Program-made: the position numbers and the translations under genes | NCBI GenBank assembly: GCA_020161365.1 | Contig: JAIUNU010000007.1 | Coordinates: 186,853-250,852 of the forward strand | DNA from: Pseudomonadota bacterium | GTDB taxonomy: Bacteria > Pseudomonadota > Alphaproteobacteria > Caulobacterales > Caulobacteraceae | Direction: 5' to 3' | Length of the DNA stretch: 64,000 nucleotides | Notes under the pieces: generated by a model | What the model was told of the DNA's origin: nothing | Seen by the model: only the letters and a program-made list of their open reading frames with translations | Databases searched by the model: none | Shown: positions 1 through 12,651 of the stretch, piece by piece | Numbering within the stretch: the first letter of the stretch is position 1 | Layout of the letters: each line of letters starts with the position of its first letter

Positions 1-385
1 GGTGCGGCACGATCGCGGGCAGGGCGTCGGCCCCGAACGAATAACCGATCAACACGACCTCCCGCCGGCCCCACCGCGCCCGATAGTTGTCCAGCAGCAA
101 GGCCAGGTCCTGGGCTGCGCTTGCCGCAGATCGCCGGGTGCGGAAATAGGCGAGGGAATCAACGCCCACCGTCGGCACGCCGTGGTCAGCCAGATGTTGG
201 GCGACCTCCTGGTCTATGGCGCGCCAACCGCCGTCACCTGAATAGAATACGGCCAGAACGTCACCCGTCTTTGCGCTGGGAATCGGGATCTGAACAGCCG
301 CTGGCGCAGGCGTCCCGCCAGCGCTCAGAACGGCGGCTGCGAGCGGCGCGACAAGTGCGGAGAGAAGGCGCAAGCGTGAGACCAT
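1..385 (-). CDS. VirJ/AcvB-family alpha/beta hydrolase (putative lysyl-phosphatidylglycerol hydrolase); 3' end runs off the window
   Basis: Not in the ORF track. Hand translation from ATG at 385 gives MVSRLRLLSALVAPLAAAV (signal-like) ... LAVFYSGDGGWRAIDQEVA ... GVDSLAYF ... VVLIGYSFGADALP. SGDGGW and GYSFGAD are hallmark VirJ motifs. Confidence 0.75.
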   Translation of the reverse strand, partial: MVSRLRLLSALVAPLAAAVLSAGGTPAPAAVQIPIPSAKTGDVLAVFYSGDGGWRAIDQEVAQHLADHGVPTVGVDSLAYFRTRRSAASAAQDLALLLDNYRARWGRREVVLIGYSFGADALPAIVPH

Positions 386-647
386 AGCTCTATGACGACG
401 CCGATGCATCACGACCCTCAAGCCAGCGATCGTCGCGCTTGGGACCTCGATCGCGACAGCCGGTCGCACTCAGGTTGGAAACGTCTCCATTCTCCTTGAT
501 TTTCAAGGCCGCGCGCGTCGAAAGCGGGTTCCGTTTTGGCCTGGTTCCCTCTAAGGAACACGCGCCTCCAGAGGTCTGACAAAGTGGCCGGCGGGGCCCC
601 ATATTTGTCCGGCGCCGCTTCCGGCGCGTCCTGAAGGCGATACACCC

Positions 648-2048
648 ATGGCTCAGTACGACGTCGTCATCATCGGTGGCGGTCCTGGTGGCTACAATGC
701 GGCGATCCGCGCCGGCCAGCTGGGCCTGAAGGTCGCGATCGTCGAAGGCCGCGGCAAGCTGGGCGGCACCTGCCTCAACGTCGGCTGCATGCCCTCGAAG
801 GCCCTGCTGCACGCCTCGGAACTGTACGCCGCCGCGACGGGTCCTGAGTTCGCCAAGCTGGGCATCGAGGTGAAGCCCAAGCTGAACCTGCCTCAGATGA
901 TGGCCCAGAAGGCCGAGAGCGTCGAAGCCCTGACCAAGGGCGTCGAATTCCTGATGAAGAAGAACAAGGTCGACTACGTGAAGGGCTGGGGCCGCATCGA
1001 CGGCGTCGGCAAGGTCGTGGTCAAGGCCGAGGACGGTTCAGAAACCACCCTCGAAACCAAGAACATCGTCATCGCCACGGGCTCGGAACCCACCCCGCTG
1101 CCGGGCGTGACCGTCGACAACAAGCGCATCATCGACTCCACCGGCGCCCTGTCGCTGCCGGAAGTGCCAAAGCACCTCGTCGTCGTCGGCGCCGGCGTCA
1201 TCGGCCTGGAGCTGGGCTCCGTCTGGAAGCGCCTGGGCGCGGAAGTCACCGTGGTCGAGTACCTGGATCGCATCCTGCCGGGCACCGACACCGAAGTGGC
1301 CAACGCCTTCCAGAAGATCCTGGTCAAGCAGGGCTTCAAGTTCCAGCTGGGCGCCAAGGTCACCGGCGCTGCCGCTTCGGCCAAGGGCGTGAAGCTGAGC
1401 TTCGAGCCGGTCGCCGGCGGCGAGGCCCAGGCGATCGAGGCCGACTATGTGCTGGTCGCCATCGGTCGCCGCCCGTACACCCAAGGCCTGGGCCTGGAGA
1501 CGGTCGGCGTCACGCCGGACAAGCGCGGCATGATCGCCAACGACCACTTCAAGACCGGCGTCGACGGCGTTTGGGTGATCGGCGACGTGACCTCGGGTCC
1601 GATGTTGGCCCACAAGGCCGAGGACGAGGGCGTCGCCTGCATCGAGATGATCGCGGGCAAGGCCGGTCATGTGAACTACGGCATCATCCCGGGCGTCGTT
1701 TACACGAGCCCCGAAGTGGCCACGGTCGGTCAGACCGAAGACGATCTAAAGGCGGCGGGCGTCGCCTACAAGGTCGGCAAGTTCCCGTTCCTGGCCAACA
1801 GCCGCGCCAAGATCAACCACGAGACCGACGGCTTCGTGAAGGTGTTGGCCGACGCCAAGACCGACCGCATCCTGGGCGTCCATATGGTCGGTCCGAACGT
1901 GGGCGACATGATCGCTGAGTACTGCGTGGCCATGGAGTTCGGCGGCGCGTCGGAAGACGTGGCCCGCACCTGCCACCCACACCCGACCCGTTCGGAAGCC
2001 TTGCGCCAGGCGGCCATGGGTGTCGAAGGCTGGACGATGCAGGCCTAA
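648..2048 (+). CDS. lpdA: Dihydrolipoamide dehydrogenase (E3)
   Basis: GGGPGGY FAD motif, [13 protein letters not shown] redox disulfide, [11 protein letters not shown] motif, C-terminal HPTRSE. Confidence 0.97.
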   Translation: MAQYDVVIIGGGPGGYNAAIRAGQLGLKVAIVEGRGKLGGTCLNVGCMPSKALLHASELYAAATGPEFAKLGIEVKPKLNLPQMMAQKAESVEALTKGVEFLMKKNKVDYVKGWGRIDGVGKVVVKAEDGSETTLETKNIVIATGSEPTPLPGVTVDNKRIIDSTGALSLPEVPKHLVVVGAGVIGLELGSVWKRLGAEVTVVEYLDRILPGTDTEVANAFQKILVKQGFKFQLGAKVTGAAASAKGVKLSFEPVAGGEAQAIEADYVLVAIGRRPYTQGLGLETVGVTPDKRGMIANDHFKTGVDGVWVIGDVTSGPMLAHKAEDEGVACIEMIAGKAGHVNYGIIPGVVYTSPEVATVGQTEDDLKAAGVAYKVGKFPFLANSRAKINHETDGFVKVLADAKTDRILGVHMVGPNVGDMIAEYCVAMEFGGASEDVARTCHPHPTRSEALRQAAMGVEGWTMQA

Positions 2049-2072
2049 GGGCCGCTCTCATCGCGCATTGAG

Positions 2073-2107
2073 GGCGGGGTTTCGCGAGGCGAAACCCCGC
2101 CTTTTTT
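2073..2107 (+). terminator. Intrinsic terminator of lpdA
   Basis: 13-bp stem GGCGGGGTTTCGC/GCGAAACCCCGCC followed by TTTTTT. Confidence 0.85.
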
Positions 2108-2134
2108 GTCTCTGCGTCGCAGCGCGCTTGAACG

Positions 2135-2167
2135 AAAAAAGGCCCCGCCTTGAGGGAAGGCGGGGCC
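2135..2167 (-). terminator. Intrinsic terminator of the MCP gene
   Basis: 11-bp stem GGCCCCGCCTT/AAGGCGGGGCC preceded by AAAAAA, a U-tract on the minus strand. Confidence 0.8.
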
Positions 2168-2230
2168 AATCTGCTTTCGGGGAGGGACCCCGCCGAGGGA
2201 GAGGCGGGGCTTACGCGGTACTGAAGCGGC

Positions 2231-4246
2231 TTAGAACTCTTCCCAGTCGTCGGCCGAGGCGGCCGGCGCGGCTGAGCTCTTGGCGAAGCTGGCCAGCTTG
2301 GCCTGGGCGGCGGCGACGGGGTTGGCGCCCGGGCGGCTGGTGGCGCTGGCTAGGGCCGGGCCCTTCGCGACGGGCGCGGGCGTCGGGGCGCGGGCCGCAG
2401 GCGGCGGGGCAGTGGGGCGGCTGGCGCGCTTTGAGCCGCCGGCGACCGCCATGCTCGCCGAGCCCTGCACGCGGAACTTCGAGATCATCTGCATCAGATT
2501 GCCCGCTTCGCTCTTCAGCGCGTGCGAGGCGGCGGTCGACTGCTCGACCATGGCCGCGTTCTGCTGGACGGTCTGGTCCATCTGATTGACGGCGGCGTTG
2601 ACCTGGTTGAGGCCGGTGGCCTGTTCCTGGCCCGACGCGGCGATTTCGCTGACCAGGGCGTCGATCTCGCCGACCTTGGTGACGATGGCCTCCAGGGCCT
2701 CGCCGGTCTGGCCGACCATCGACACGCCTTGATTGACCTGCTGCGACGAGGTGGAGATCAGGGTCTTGATCTCCTTGGCGGCGTCGGCCGAGCGCTGGGC
2801 CAGGGCCCGCACTTCCTGAGCGACGACTGCGAAGCCGCGGCCGGCTTCACCCGCGCGGGCGGCCTCGACCCCGGCGTTCAGCGCCAGGAGATTGGTCTGG
2901 AAGGCGATCTCGTCGATGACGCCGATGATCTGGCTGATCGACTGCGACGACTTCTCGATCTGATTCATGGCGTCGACGGCGTTGCGGACCACGACGCTGG
3001 AGCGCTCGGCGTCGCCACGGGTCGAGCCGACCACCTTGCTGGCTTCCAGGGCGCCGGCCGACGAACGCTTCACGGTGGCGGTGATCTCGTCCAGGGCGGC
3101 GGCGGTTTCTTCCAGGCTCGCGGCCTGCTGCTCGCTGCGGCGCGACAGGTCGTCGGCGGCCGAGGCGATCTCGTCCGAGCCCGCGCCGATGCTGCTGGCG
3201 GCGTGGACGATGGTGCCCATGGCCTCTTCCAACTGGGCGATCGCGCCGTTGAAGTCGTTCTGCAGGCGCTTGTAGGCCTCGGGGAACTGCTGATCCAGGC
3301 GATAGGTCAGGTCGCCGTCCGACAGGCGGGCCAGACCGCCGGCGATGGCCTCCATGACGAAGGCCTGCTCTTTGGCGGCGGCTTCGGCCATCTCCTGGTT
3401 TCGGCGACGCTCGGCCTCGGTCTCGGCGCTGGCGCGCTGCTGAGCGGCCTCGGCGGTGCGCAGGGCCACGGCGTTGTCCTTGAACACCTGGACAGAGCGG
3501 GCCATGGCGCCGACCTCGTCCTTGCGGTCCGCGCCGCGCACCTCGACGTCGACCGAACCCTGGGCCAGGATGTCCATGGTCTTGGCTGTGGCGATCAGCG
3601 GGGCCGCGATCTTCTTGGAGCCGATCCATAGCGCGAACAGCATGGCCGAACCTGCCGCGATCAGCCCGAACAGGATCGAGAACATCGTCCCCGCAGCGGC
3701 CTGCTTCGAGGCCTTGTCCACCATCGCCCGGGTTTCGTCGTTGTGACTGTTGGTGAACTTGGTGACGTCCTTGCTCAAAGCGGCGATGTCGGGATCGATC
3801 ACCGCCATGACCATGATCGCGGCCTCGTCGGCGTCCTGCAGGCCCAGGTCCGCGCCCTGGCGGGCGCTGGTGTAGATCTTTTCCAGACGGGCGCTGAAGT
3901 CCGCGACCATCTTGGCTGAAGCCGGCTCGACCTTCTTGATTTCCGCCAACTGTTCCTTGGCTTCCTTGTAGGCCGCGTCGATCTCGTGACTGGCCTGCTG
4001 GGCTTCTGACGACGTTCCCGCGTTGGCCACAGAACGATACGAGGCGTAGCCCAGCGCCATCAGGCGTCGATTGAAGCGCGATGAGGCCAGCTCGGCGGGC
4101 GCGCGCTCGTGGACGAGCACCTTGGTATTGGCCTCGATCTTACGCGCCTGCATGGCGTTCATGCCGACGATCGCCAGGGCGATGACGGTCAGGACGACGG
4201 CCGGCAGGGCGACCTTTGTTGAGATTTTCAGGTCGTCGAACTTCAT
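2231..4246 (-). CDS. Methyl-accepting chemotaxis protein
   Basis: Two TM helices, HAMP domains, IAFQTNLLALNAGVEAARAGEAGRGFAVVAQEVRALA signalling hairpin, C-terminal DWEEF pentapeptide. Start placed at MKFDDLK. Confidence 0.95.
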   Translation of the reverse strand: MKFDDLKISTKVALPAVVLTVIALAIVGMNAMQARKIEANTKVLVHERAPAELASSRFNRRLMALGYASYRSVANAGTSSEAQQASHEIDAAYKEAKEQLAEIKKVEPASAKMVADFSARLEKIYTSARQGADLGLQDADEAAIMVMAVIDPDIAALSKDVTKFTNSHNDETRAMVDKASKQAAAGTMFSILFGLIAAGSAMLFALWIGSKKIAAPLIATAKTMDILAQGSVDVEVRGADRKDEVGAMARSVQVFKDNAVALRTAEAAQQRASAETEAERRRNQEMAEAAAKEQAFVMEAIAGGLARLSDGDLTYRLDQQFPEAYKRLQNDFNGAIAQLEEAMGTIVHAASSIGAGSDEIASAADDLSRRSEQQAASLEETAAALDEITATVKRSSAGALEASKVVGSTRGDAERSSVVVRNAVDAMNQIEKSSQSISQIIGVIDEIAFQTNLLALNAGVEAARAGEAGRGFAVVAQEVRALAQRSADAAKEIKTLISTSSQQVNQGVSMVGQTGEALEAIVTKVGEIDALVSEIAASGQEQATGLNQVNAAVNQMDQTVQQNAAMVEQSTAASHALKSEAGNLMQMISKFRVQGSASMAVAGGSKRASRPTAPPPAARAPTPAPVAKGPALASATSRPGANPVAAAQAKLASFAKSSAAPAASADDWEEF

Positions 4247-4318
4247 GGGAACCTCGTCGGCGAACGGTCGCGGCACGGAAAATCGTACTTTTCTCAAACC
4301 CCAGAACGCCTTGACGCG

Positions 4319-4335
4319 GTAAAATCGCGGTTAAC
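4319..4335 (-). promoter_or_regulatory. CtrA-like box upstream of the MCP gene
   Basis: Minus strand reads TTAA-CCGCGAT-TTTAC, one mismatch from TTAA-N7-TTAAC, about 75 nt upstream of a chemotaxis gene. Confidence 0.55.
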
Positions 4336-4407
4336 GGCGGGGTGCAGGATGGCTTGGGTGACAGTCTGCCGCACCCGAATTGGGCTTTCGCACAACCCGT
4401 GCGGGCG

Positions 4408-5337
4408 CTATTCGCGCCGGGCGTCAGCCTTTGGGTGGGCCGCCTGATACGCAGCGAGTAAGCTGGCGGCGTCGACCTGCGTGTAGCGTTGGGTGGTCGA
4501 CAGCGACGCGTGACCCAGGAGGTCCTGGATCGCTCGCAAATCGGCGCCTGCGCCCAGCAGATGGGTGGCGAAGGCGTGCCGGAAGGCGTGGGGGGTGACC
4601 CGGTCCGAGAGCCCCAGCCGGCCGCGAAGGCTCTGAACAAGGGCCTGCACATGGCGGGGCGACAAAGGACCGCCCCGCTTGGCGCGAAACAGCGCGTCGT
4701 TCGGCGTCAGGGCGAACGGCAGCGCGTCGAGATAGAGATCGATGGCGTCGCGAACCGCGTCCAGCATAGGCACGATACGGACCTTGCCGCCCTTGCCCAA
4801 GATACGCAGCGTGGCGCCAAGAGGAGCGTCGGCCTTGCGGAGCGACAGCGCCTCGCTGATGCGAAGGCCGCCGCCCCAAAGCAGGGTCAGCACCGCTTCG
4901 TCGCGAGCGGTCTCCCAAGGTTTGCGCTCGGTGTCCTCGGCGGCCTCGGCGATCAGGTCGCGGGCCTGATCTTCGGAAACGGGTCTGGGCAAGCCAACCT
5001 TGAGACGCGGGCCCCGCACGAGATCGATGGCGGCGTTGGCCACGCCATGGCGCTGGTCGAGATAGTGGTGGAAGGCGCGAATGGACGACAACGCCTGCGA
5101 CAGCGAGCGCGGCGCCAGTGCGTTTTCGCCCTGACGACGGAAGGCCAGATAGCCGCGAAGATCCGCCGTCGAGACCTCGCCCATCGCCGAAAGGCTCAGC
5201 GCCTCGCCGCGATGGGCTTCCAGAAAGTTCAGATAGGCCAGGACATTGTCGCCATAGGCCCGCACCGTGCGCGGCGAGGCCCGGCGCTCCAGCGTCAGGT
5301 GGTCCAGCCAGGCGACATAGGCCTGGCGGGCGCTCAC
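4408..5337 (-). CDS. xerC: Tyrosine recombinase XerC
   Basis: Catalytic R in GLRISE, K in GKGGKVR, HAFRH, LLGH and Y in TQRYT. The GTG start overlaps the DUF484 stop (GTGA). DUF484-xerC order is typical. Confidence 0.9.
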   Translation of the reverse strand: MSARQAYVAWLDHLTLERRASPRTVRAYGDNVLAYLNFLEAHRGEALSLSAMGEVSTADLRGYLAFRRQGENALAPRSLSQALSSIRAFHHYLDQRHGVANAAIDLVRGPRLKVGLPRPVSEDQARDLIAEAAEDTERKPWETARDEAVLTLLWGGGLRISEALSLRKADAPLGATLRILGKGGKVRIVPMLDAVRDAIDLYLDALPFALTPNDALFRAKRGGPLSPRHVQALVQSLRGRLGLSDRVTPHAFRHAFATHLLGAGADLRAIQDLLGHASLSTTQRYTQVDAASLLAAYQAAHPKADARRE

Positions 5338-6014
5338 AGGACCGGCCAGCGTTCGGCCGTGCGCTCCACGACGCGGGCCAGGAAGTTGACCAGCTCTGTG
5401 CCCATGTCGGGCGTGAAGCCCTCCGGGTCGGTCGAGCCAAAGGCGATCAGCGCCTCGCGACGGGGCTCCCATATCGCCATGCGGACCAGCGCCATGCTGC
5501 GGATCGTGTCGGCCTTGTCGTCGAACAGCGGCAGGGCCGGCGCGAAAAAGCCCATCCGGGCGATCGGCGCGTCGCCCAGCAGCATGTCCACCTGGCTCTC
5601 GGCCAGCGCGCGCCAGCCCGCCGGGACGCGGTGAGGCCCTTCCAGGGCGATCACGCCGGCGGCGTGGCCAAAGCGCAGCTGGGCCATCTCGTCGACCCGC
5701 CGGGCGAGGTCGGAATGGTTCCGGGCGTCGAGCATGTCGATCACCGCCGCGTGGGTCTGGGCCTGGGCCGAGTAGTTGGCGCGGGCGTTCGCCTCGATGG
5801 CCTGGCGCACGGTCGCCTCGCGGCGGTGTGCGGCCGCAGCCCGAGCCAGGGCCCGCGGCCCGAAATCGACGACATTGGCGGCGTCGACCCGCAGGCCCAG
5901 TTCGCCCAGCAGGCTCTCGTCCTGGCGGAGGAACTCCGGCTCGGTCCGGAGGAAATCGCGGACGCTCTCAGGATCCACGACCGTCGTCTTGGTCGCTCGC
6001 GTCGCGTCGCTCAT
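5334..6014 (-). CDS. DUF484 family protein (GAF-like)
   Basis: VRDFLRTEPEFL N-terminus, LIAFGSTDPEGFTPDMGTELVNFLARVVE C-terminus, directly upstream of xerC. Confidence 0.85.
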   Translation of the reverse strand: MSDATRATKTTVVDPESVRDFLRTEPEFLRQDESLLGELGLRVDAANVVDFGPRALARAAAAHRREATVRQAIEANARANYSAQAQTHAAVIDMLDARNHSDLARRVDEMAQLRFGHAAGVIALEGPHRVPAGWRALAESQVDMLLGDAPIARMGFFAPALPLFDDKADTIRSMALVRMAIWEPRREALIAFGSTDPEGFTPDMGTELVNFLARVVERTAERWPVL

Positions 6015-6066
6015 CTCGTCCCCACCGGCTTTGCACCAAACTGGCCCCGATGAAGCGGCAAGACGG

Positions 6067-6081
6067 TTAACACCCGCTTGA
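6067..6081. promoter_or_regulatory. Possible CtrA-like box in the DUF484-xerC / priA divergent promoter
   Basis: TTAA-CACCCGC-TTGA, one mismatch from TTAA-N7-TTAA. Confidence 0.3.
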
Positions 6082-6138
6082 TGACCCGTCGTCGGCGGGT
6101 CTCGACCTGGGGACGGTTTCGCGGCAGAAGCTCACGCC

Positions 6139-8298
<2,160 letters not shown>

Positions 8299-8312
8299 GC
8301 AGGCCGCATAGA

Positions 8313-8350
8313 AAGAAGCCCCCGGAGTGAGACACTCCGGGGGCCTTTTC
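8313..8350. terminator. Bidirectional terminator between priA and the TerC gene
   Basis: 12-bp stem GCCCCCGGAGTG/CACTCCGGGGGC with A-rich and T-rich flanks. Confidence 0.8.
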
Positions 8351-8378
8351 TGGCTGCGGATCCTTCCGGATCGCGGCG

Positions 8379-9167
8379 CTAGGGCTGTTTTTTGGCGTCG
8401 CGTCTGCGCGACAGCATGTTCAGGCCCTCGACCCCGGCCGAGAAGGCCATGGCCGTGTAGATGTAGCCCTTTGGCACGTGGGCTCCGAAGCCTTCGGCGA
8501 TCAGCACGGTGCCGATCATCAGCAGGAAGCCCAGGGCCAGCATGACCACGGTCGGGTTGGCGTTGATGAAGTTGGCCAGCGGATCGGCGGCCAGCAGCAT
8601 CACCGTCACCGCGACCAGAACGGCGATGACCATGATCGGCAGGTGATCGGTCATGCCCACGGCGGTCAGGATCGAGTCGATCGAGAACACCAGGTCCAGC
8701 AGGATGATCTGGAAGATCGCCGAGCCGACATTGTTGATCACGACCGCGGTCTTGTCCTTCTCGAGCACGTCGTCGCTCTTGCCCGGATCCACCGCGTGGT
8801 GGATTTCCTTGGTCGCCTTCCAGATCAGGAAGACACCACCGGCGATCAGGATCAGATCGCGCCAGGAGAAGGCCGTCTCGAAGCCGGGTTCGCCATGCGA
8901 TCCGACGGGTCCGCTGATTCCAAGGTCGAAGACCGGCGCGGTCAGGCCGACGATAAAGGCGATCGTCGACAGCAGGATCAGGCGCATGATCAGCGCCAGA
9001 GAGATACCGATCCGACGGACCTTCTGCCGATGCTCTTCGGGCAGCTTGTTGGACAGGATCGAGATGAAGATCAGATTGTCGATGCCCAGCACCACCTCCA
9101 TCACGACGAGCGTGACGAGGGCGGCCCACGCGGCTGGATCAGCGGCAAGGCTAAGGATTTCGTTCAT
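8379..9167 (-). CDS. TerC family integral membrane protein
   Basis: [16 protein letters not shown] and [14 protein letters not shown] acidic TM motifs. Confidence 0.9.
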   Translation of the reverse strand: MNEILSLAADPAAWAALVTLVVMEVVLGIDNLIFISILSNKLPEEHRQKVRRIGISLALIMRLILLSTIAFIVGLTAPVFDLGISGPVGSHGEPGFETAFSWRDLILIAGGVFLIWKATKEIHHAVDPGKSDDVLEKDKTAVVINNVGSAIFQIILLDLVFSIDSILTAVGMTDHLPIMVIAVLVAVTVMLLAADPLANFINANPTVVMLALGFLLMIGTVLIAEGFGAHVPKGYIYTAMAFSAGVEGLNMLSRRRDAKKQP

Positions 9168-9291
9168 GGGTTCCCAATAGGGTTCTGGCTCCGCGCCTCC
9201 CCGCACGGAACCGTGAGAGGGACCAAATGGGGGACGAACGCCCTGCTTGTCGAGGCCTCGTGTTTCGAAAAGCGACGCCGGAGGACGATTC

Positions 9292-10386
9292 ATGCCCGAC
9301 GCCGCGCATATAAGGCCGCTTACAGCCCTTCGCTTCTTCGCCGCGTTCTGGGTGGTGCTCTACCACTACTGGCCCAATCTCGATGTCGGCTTCACCCCGG
9401 CGATCGCGTCCAAGGGCTATCTCGGCGTCGAGGCGTTTTTCGTCCTGTCGGGCTTCATTCTCTGTCACGTCTATCTGAGCGGCTTCGGCGAGGGGCGCTT
9501 TCGCTATGGCGACTTCCTCTGGAACCGTCTGGCGAGGGTCTATCCGCTCCATCTGGCGACGCTGGTCGGCGTCGGCGCCATGGCTTTGGCCGCGACCCTG
9601 GCCGGTCTCGCCGTTGACCCCAACATCCTGTCCTGGCCGTCGCTGCCGGCGAATCTGCTGCTGGTCCACGCCTGGGGCTTCGCGCCCGTTGCAGGCTGGA
9701 ATCACGCCTCGTGGTCGATCTCGGCGGAGTGGTTCGCCTATCTGACCTTCCCGGTCTTCGCCTTCGCCGCCTGGCGGCTGCGCGAGCGGCCAGTGGCCGC
9801 CGTACTCGGCGCCTTGGCCCTGATCGCCGTGATTTATCCGCTGTTCCAGGCGCTAGCGGGCTTCTCCCTGACCGAAGCCACCATCCGCTGGGGGGCGCTG
9901 CGGATCGTGCCGTGCTTCGCCTACGGCTGCGCGCTCCATGCCTTGTGGCGTTCGGGGCGTTTCCCAGCGCGCCTGGCGGGGCCCGGCGCTGCGGCGCTGG
10001 GCTTGGCGACTCTGCTCGCCATTCACGCTGGCGCCCCGGATTTGGGCATCGTCATGCTTCTGGGGGGGCTGATCTTCATGCTCGCCAGCCTCGCTTCGGC
10101 GGGTTCGCGTTTCGCATCGCAGAAGATCTTCGTCTATCTCGGTGAGATCAGCTACTCGACCTATATGATCTGCATCCCCTGGAAGATCCTGGCGATCAAT
10201 GCGGCGACAAAGATCCTGAATATCGATAGCGACAAGTTGCCGCTGCTCGTCTGGCTGGTGATTGTCGCCGCGCTGGTCCCGCTGTCGGCGATTTCGTTCC
10301 ATATCATTGAGAATCCGTGCCGCGAGCGTATGAAAGCTTGGGCGGCGGCATGGCGAAGCCGGCGTCTCGCGGTGGCGGGCGCCTGA
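9292..10386 (+). CDS. Acyltransferase-3 family membrane O-acyltransferase
   Basis: LTALRFFAA...[50 protein letters not shown] upstream. Confidence 0.9.
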   Translation: MPDAAHIRPLTALRFFAAFWVVLYHYWPNLDVGFTPAIASKGYLGVEAFFVLSGFILCHVYLSGFGEGRFRYGDFLWNRLARVYPLHLATLVGVGAMALAATLAGLAVDPNILSWPSLPANLLLVHAWGFAPVAGWNHASWSISAEWFAYLTFPVFAFAAWRLRERPVAAVLGALALIAVIYPLFQALAGFSLTEATIRWGALRIVPCFAYGCALHALWRSGRFPARLAGPGAAALGLATLLAIHAGAPDLGIVMLLGGLIFMLASLASAGSRFASQKIFVYLGEISYSTYMICIPWKILAINAATKILNIDSDKLPLLVWLVIVAALVPLSAISFHIIENPCRERMKAWAAAWRSRRLAVAGA

Positions 10387-10456
10387 TAAATACTCTTTTC
10401 ACCAATCGCCTGTAGGGTTATCCCTTCACCCAGTGACGCGGGGGAGTACCCACAGC

Positions 10457-11164
10457 ATGACGAAACGGACGAGGACCCTTCTGGGTTCCCTGGCCGCCGC
10501 CGCCATGATCAGCCTTGTGCCGGTTTCCGGCGCGAACGCTGACGGCTATTGGCAGTGCGTGCCGTTCGCGCGTCTGATGTCGGGTATCCAGATTTTCGGT
10601 GACGCCCGCACCTGGTGGGGCCAAGCCGCCGGCAAGTACGACACCGGGTCGACCCCCAAGATTGGCTCGGTCCTTTCCTTCAAGCCCACCGCCCGCATGA
10701 ATCTTGGCCACGTGGCCTTCGTCAGCCAGGTGCTGACCGATCGCGTCATTCAGGTCACCCACGCCAACTGGTCCGTGATCGAAGGCGATCGCGGTCAGAT
10801 CGAAAAGGACGTCACCGTCGTCGACGTCTCGCCCAACGGTGACTGGACGCAGGTGAAGGTCTGGTACGATCCGATCCGCGACCTTGGCACCACGGTCTAC
10901 CCGACGAACGGTTTCATCTATCAGGACGCCCAGGCGATGAAGATCGCCGTGGCCACCAGCAAGATCGCCCTGGCCCAGAACGCCGTGGTCTCGGCCGCCA
11001 AGTCCGCCGCCAACCAGGTGGCCGCCTCGGTCCGCGCCTCTCCGCTGGACATCATCAGCCAGGCCGCCGACTCGACCGACCGCATCGCGGCGCTGATCGA
11101 AGCCGCCACCGGCGGTGGTTCGCCCTCGAGCGACACCAGCAATAAGCCGAACGCACCGCGCTAA
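10457..11164 (+). CDS. chpA: Secreted CHAP-domain peptidoglycan hydrolase (ChpA-like)
   Basis: Signal peptide, WQCVPFAR catalytic Cys, GHVA catalytic His, HANW. The symbol comes from recalled Caulobacter synteny and is less certain than the domain call. Confidence 0.8.
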   Translation: MTKRTRTLLGSLAAAAMISLVPVSGANADGYWQCVPFARLMSGIQIFGDARTWWGQAAGKYDTGSTPKIGSVLSFKPTARMNLGHVAFVSQVLTDRVIQVTHANWSVIEGDRGQIEKDVTVVDVSPNGDWTQVKVWYDPIRDLGTTVYPTNGFIYQDAQAMKIAVATSKIALAQNAVVSAAKSAANQVAASVRASPLDIISQAADSTDRIAALIEAATGGGSPSSDTSNKPNAPR

Positions 11165-11241
11165 GCCGGGGCGAACACGCTCGGCCTCGGCGCGCGGCTC
11201 CACCTCCAGCGAGGCGGTGGCTGCGACTTTCTGTCGCGATT

Positions 11242-11256
11242 TGAACGGTTGATTAA
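11242..11256. promoter_or_regulatory. CtrA-like box upstream of the pentapeptide-repeat gene
   Basis: TGAA-CGGTTGA-TTAA, one mismatch from TTAA-N7-TTAA, about 70 nt before the ATG. Confidence 0.45.
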
Positions 11257-11324
11257 GGCTGTTCTGGCACGGTGAACGCCGCTTTCGCGTAATCCCGTCC
11301 CTTCGAGCGTTCCGTCACCGAACG

Positions 11325-12566
11325 ATGCCATCCGCCGCGTCCACACGACCGAGCCTGGTCCGTAGCGTCCACCCTTCGGTGGTGCGCGAGGTGCTGGAGG
11401 CGCACGCCCGTTATCTGAAGGGGGTGCCCAACGGGCGTCGCGCGGGGCTGCAATACGTCAATCTCAGCCATTACGAACTGGACGGCGCGGACCTGCGCGA
11501 GGCCGACCTGACCGGGGCCCTGCTGCACGGCGCGTCGCTGCGCGGCGCGCGGCTCAGCGGCGCGACGCTGTACGGGACCGATCTGCGGGATTCGGATCTG
11601 CGCGGCGCCGATCTTTCGCGCTGCGACATGCGTGGCGCCTGCCTGCGCGGCGCCAATCTCGGCGGGGCCAACCTCTCCAACTGCGATCTGCGCGAAGGCG
11701 TCACGGCCGTGCGGGACGAGGAGAAGGGGCTGCGGATTCTCGACCACGCCCAGCGGGCGGGCGAGCTGGATTACGCGCTTCTGCAAGGCGCGAACCTCAA
11801 CGGCGCTCAGATGTCCGGCGCCTTCGCGCGTCAGGCCGACTTCCGGGACGCGGATCTCTCGAATGTCTCCCTGCAGGGCGCGAAGCTCAACAACGCCGTG
11901 ATGGACGGGGCGAACCTCTCCGGCGCCAATCTGCACAACGCCGACCTGTCCAAGGCCTCGCTGCGCCGGGCCGTGCTGGTCGGCGTCGATGTCAGCGGCG
12001 CCGACCTGACGGCCGCCGACCTCAGCGAGGTTCTGCGCGCGCCGCCGCCGATCATCTATATAGACGACCTGCCCCTGGGCGAGGTCCTGGAAGCGCACGA
12101 ACTGTTCTGTAAGTCCGAAGGCCGCGAGGGCAAGATCGCGAATGTTTCCGAGGTCGACTTCCGTCCCCTGCGCCGCCTGAAGAACCGGCGACTGAGCGGC
12201 CTGTCGGCCCCCAACGCGGTGTTCTTCGGCATGGACCTGGAGGGCGTACAATTGCAGGGCGCCAATCTCTCGGGCGCGGACCTGCGCGGCGCCAAGCTTC
12301 GCGGCGCGGACCTTCGTGGCGCGCGCCTGGTCGGAGCGCAGCTGTGCCGGGCCGACCTGTCTGACGCCAAGCTGGGTCCGCTGAAGATCGACGAGGATCG
12401 CGTGATCCGGAGTGATCTGACCCGTGCGGTTCTTCGGGGGGCGAACCTGCGCGGCGCCAGCGCGCCCCGCGCCAGGCTTATCGAGGCCGACCTGTCCGGC
12501 GCGAAGCTCGATGGGGCCGACCTGGGCGGCGCTGAACTGCCGACAGGCTTCCGCGTAGTCGCATAG
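11325..12566 (+). CDS. Pentapeptide-repeat protein
   Basis: Extensive A(D/N)LxG repeats in two blocks, each preceded by an EVLEAH helix. Confidence 0.92.
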   Translation: MPSAASTRPSLVRSVHPSVVREVLEAHARYLKGVPNGRRAGLQYVNLSHYELDGADLREADLTGALLHGASLRGARLSGATLYGTDLRDSDLRGADLSRCDMRGACLRGANLGGANLSNCDLREGVTAVRDEEKGLRILDHAQRAGELDYALLQGANLNGAQMSGAFARQADFRDADLSNVSLQGAKLNNAVMDGANLSGANLHNADLSKASLRRAVLVGVDVSGADLTAADLSEVLRAPPPIIYIDDLPLGEVLEAHELFCKSEGREGKIANVSEVDFRPLRRLKNRRLSGLSAPNAVFFGMDLEGVQLQGANLSGADLRGAKLRGADLRGARLVGAQLCRADLSDAKLGPLKIDEDRVIRSDLTRAVLRGANLRGASAPRARLIEADLSGAKLDGADLGGAELPTGFRVVA

Positions 12567-12651
12567 CGGCGCAACTTTTGAGGTTGCTGGCATCCATCGG
12601 CGCGCTTGCGCCGTATGGTTTCATGACCCCTCGCCAGGAGCCTGAAACCGC

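Noticed and set aside
390-647. tRNA or ncRNA in the lpdA upstream region
   Set aside because: No cloverleaf or T-loop, only short dyads (CCTTGA/TCAAGG, GTTCC/GGAAC) consistent with promoter sequence.
4408-5337. Tyrosine recombinase as the integrase of an island or of the 27.9-kb cassette
   Set aside because: It is the housekeeping XerC in its usual DUF484 context. No att sites or foreign cargo are adjacent, and the cassette repeats do not resemble dif.
9168-9291. yybP-ykoY manganese riboswitch upstream of the TerC gene
   Set aside because: Expected from context, but I could not find the conserved core on the minus strand; only a generic hairpin is present.
11325-12566. Periodic DNA in the pentapeptide gene as a CRISPR or tandem array
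   Set aside because: The 15-nt periodicity is explained by the protein repeat. There are no identical repeats with unique spacers and no cas genes.
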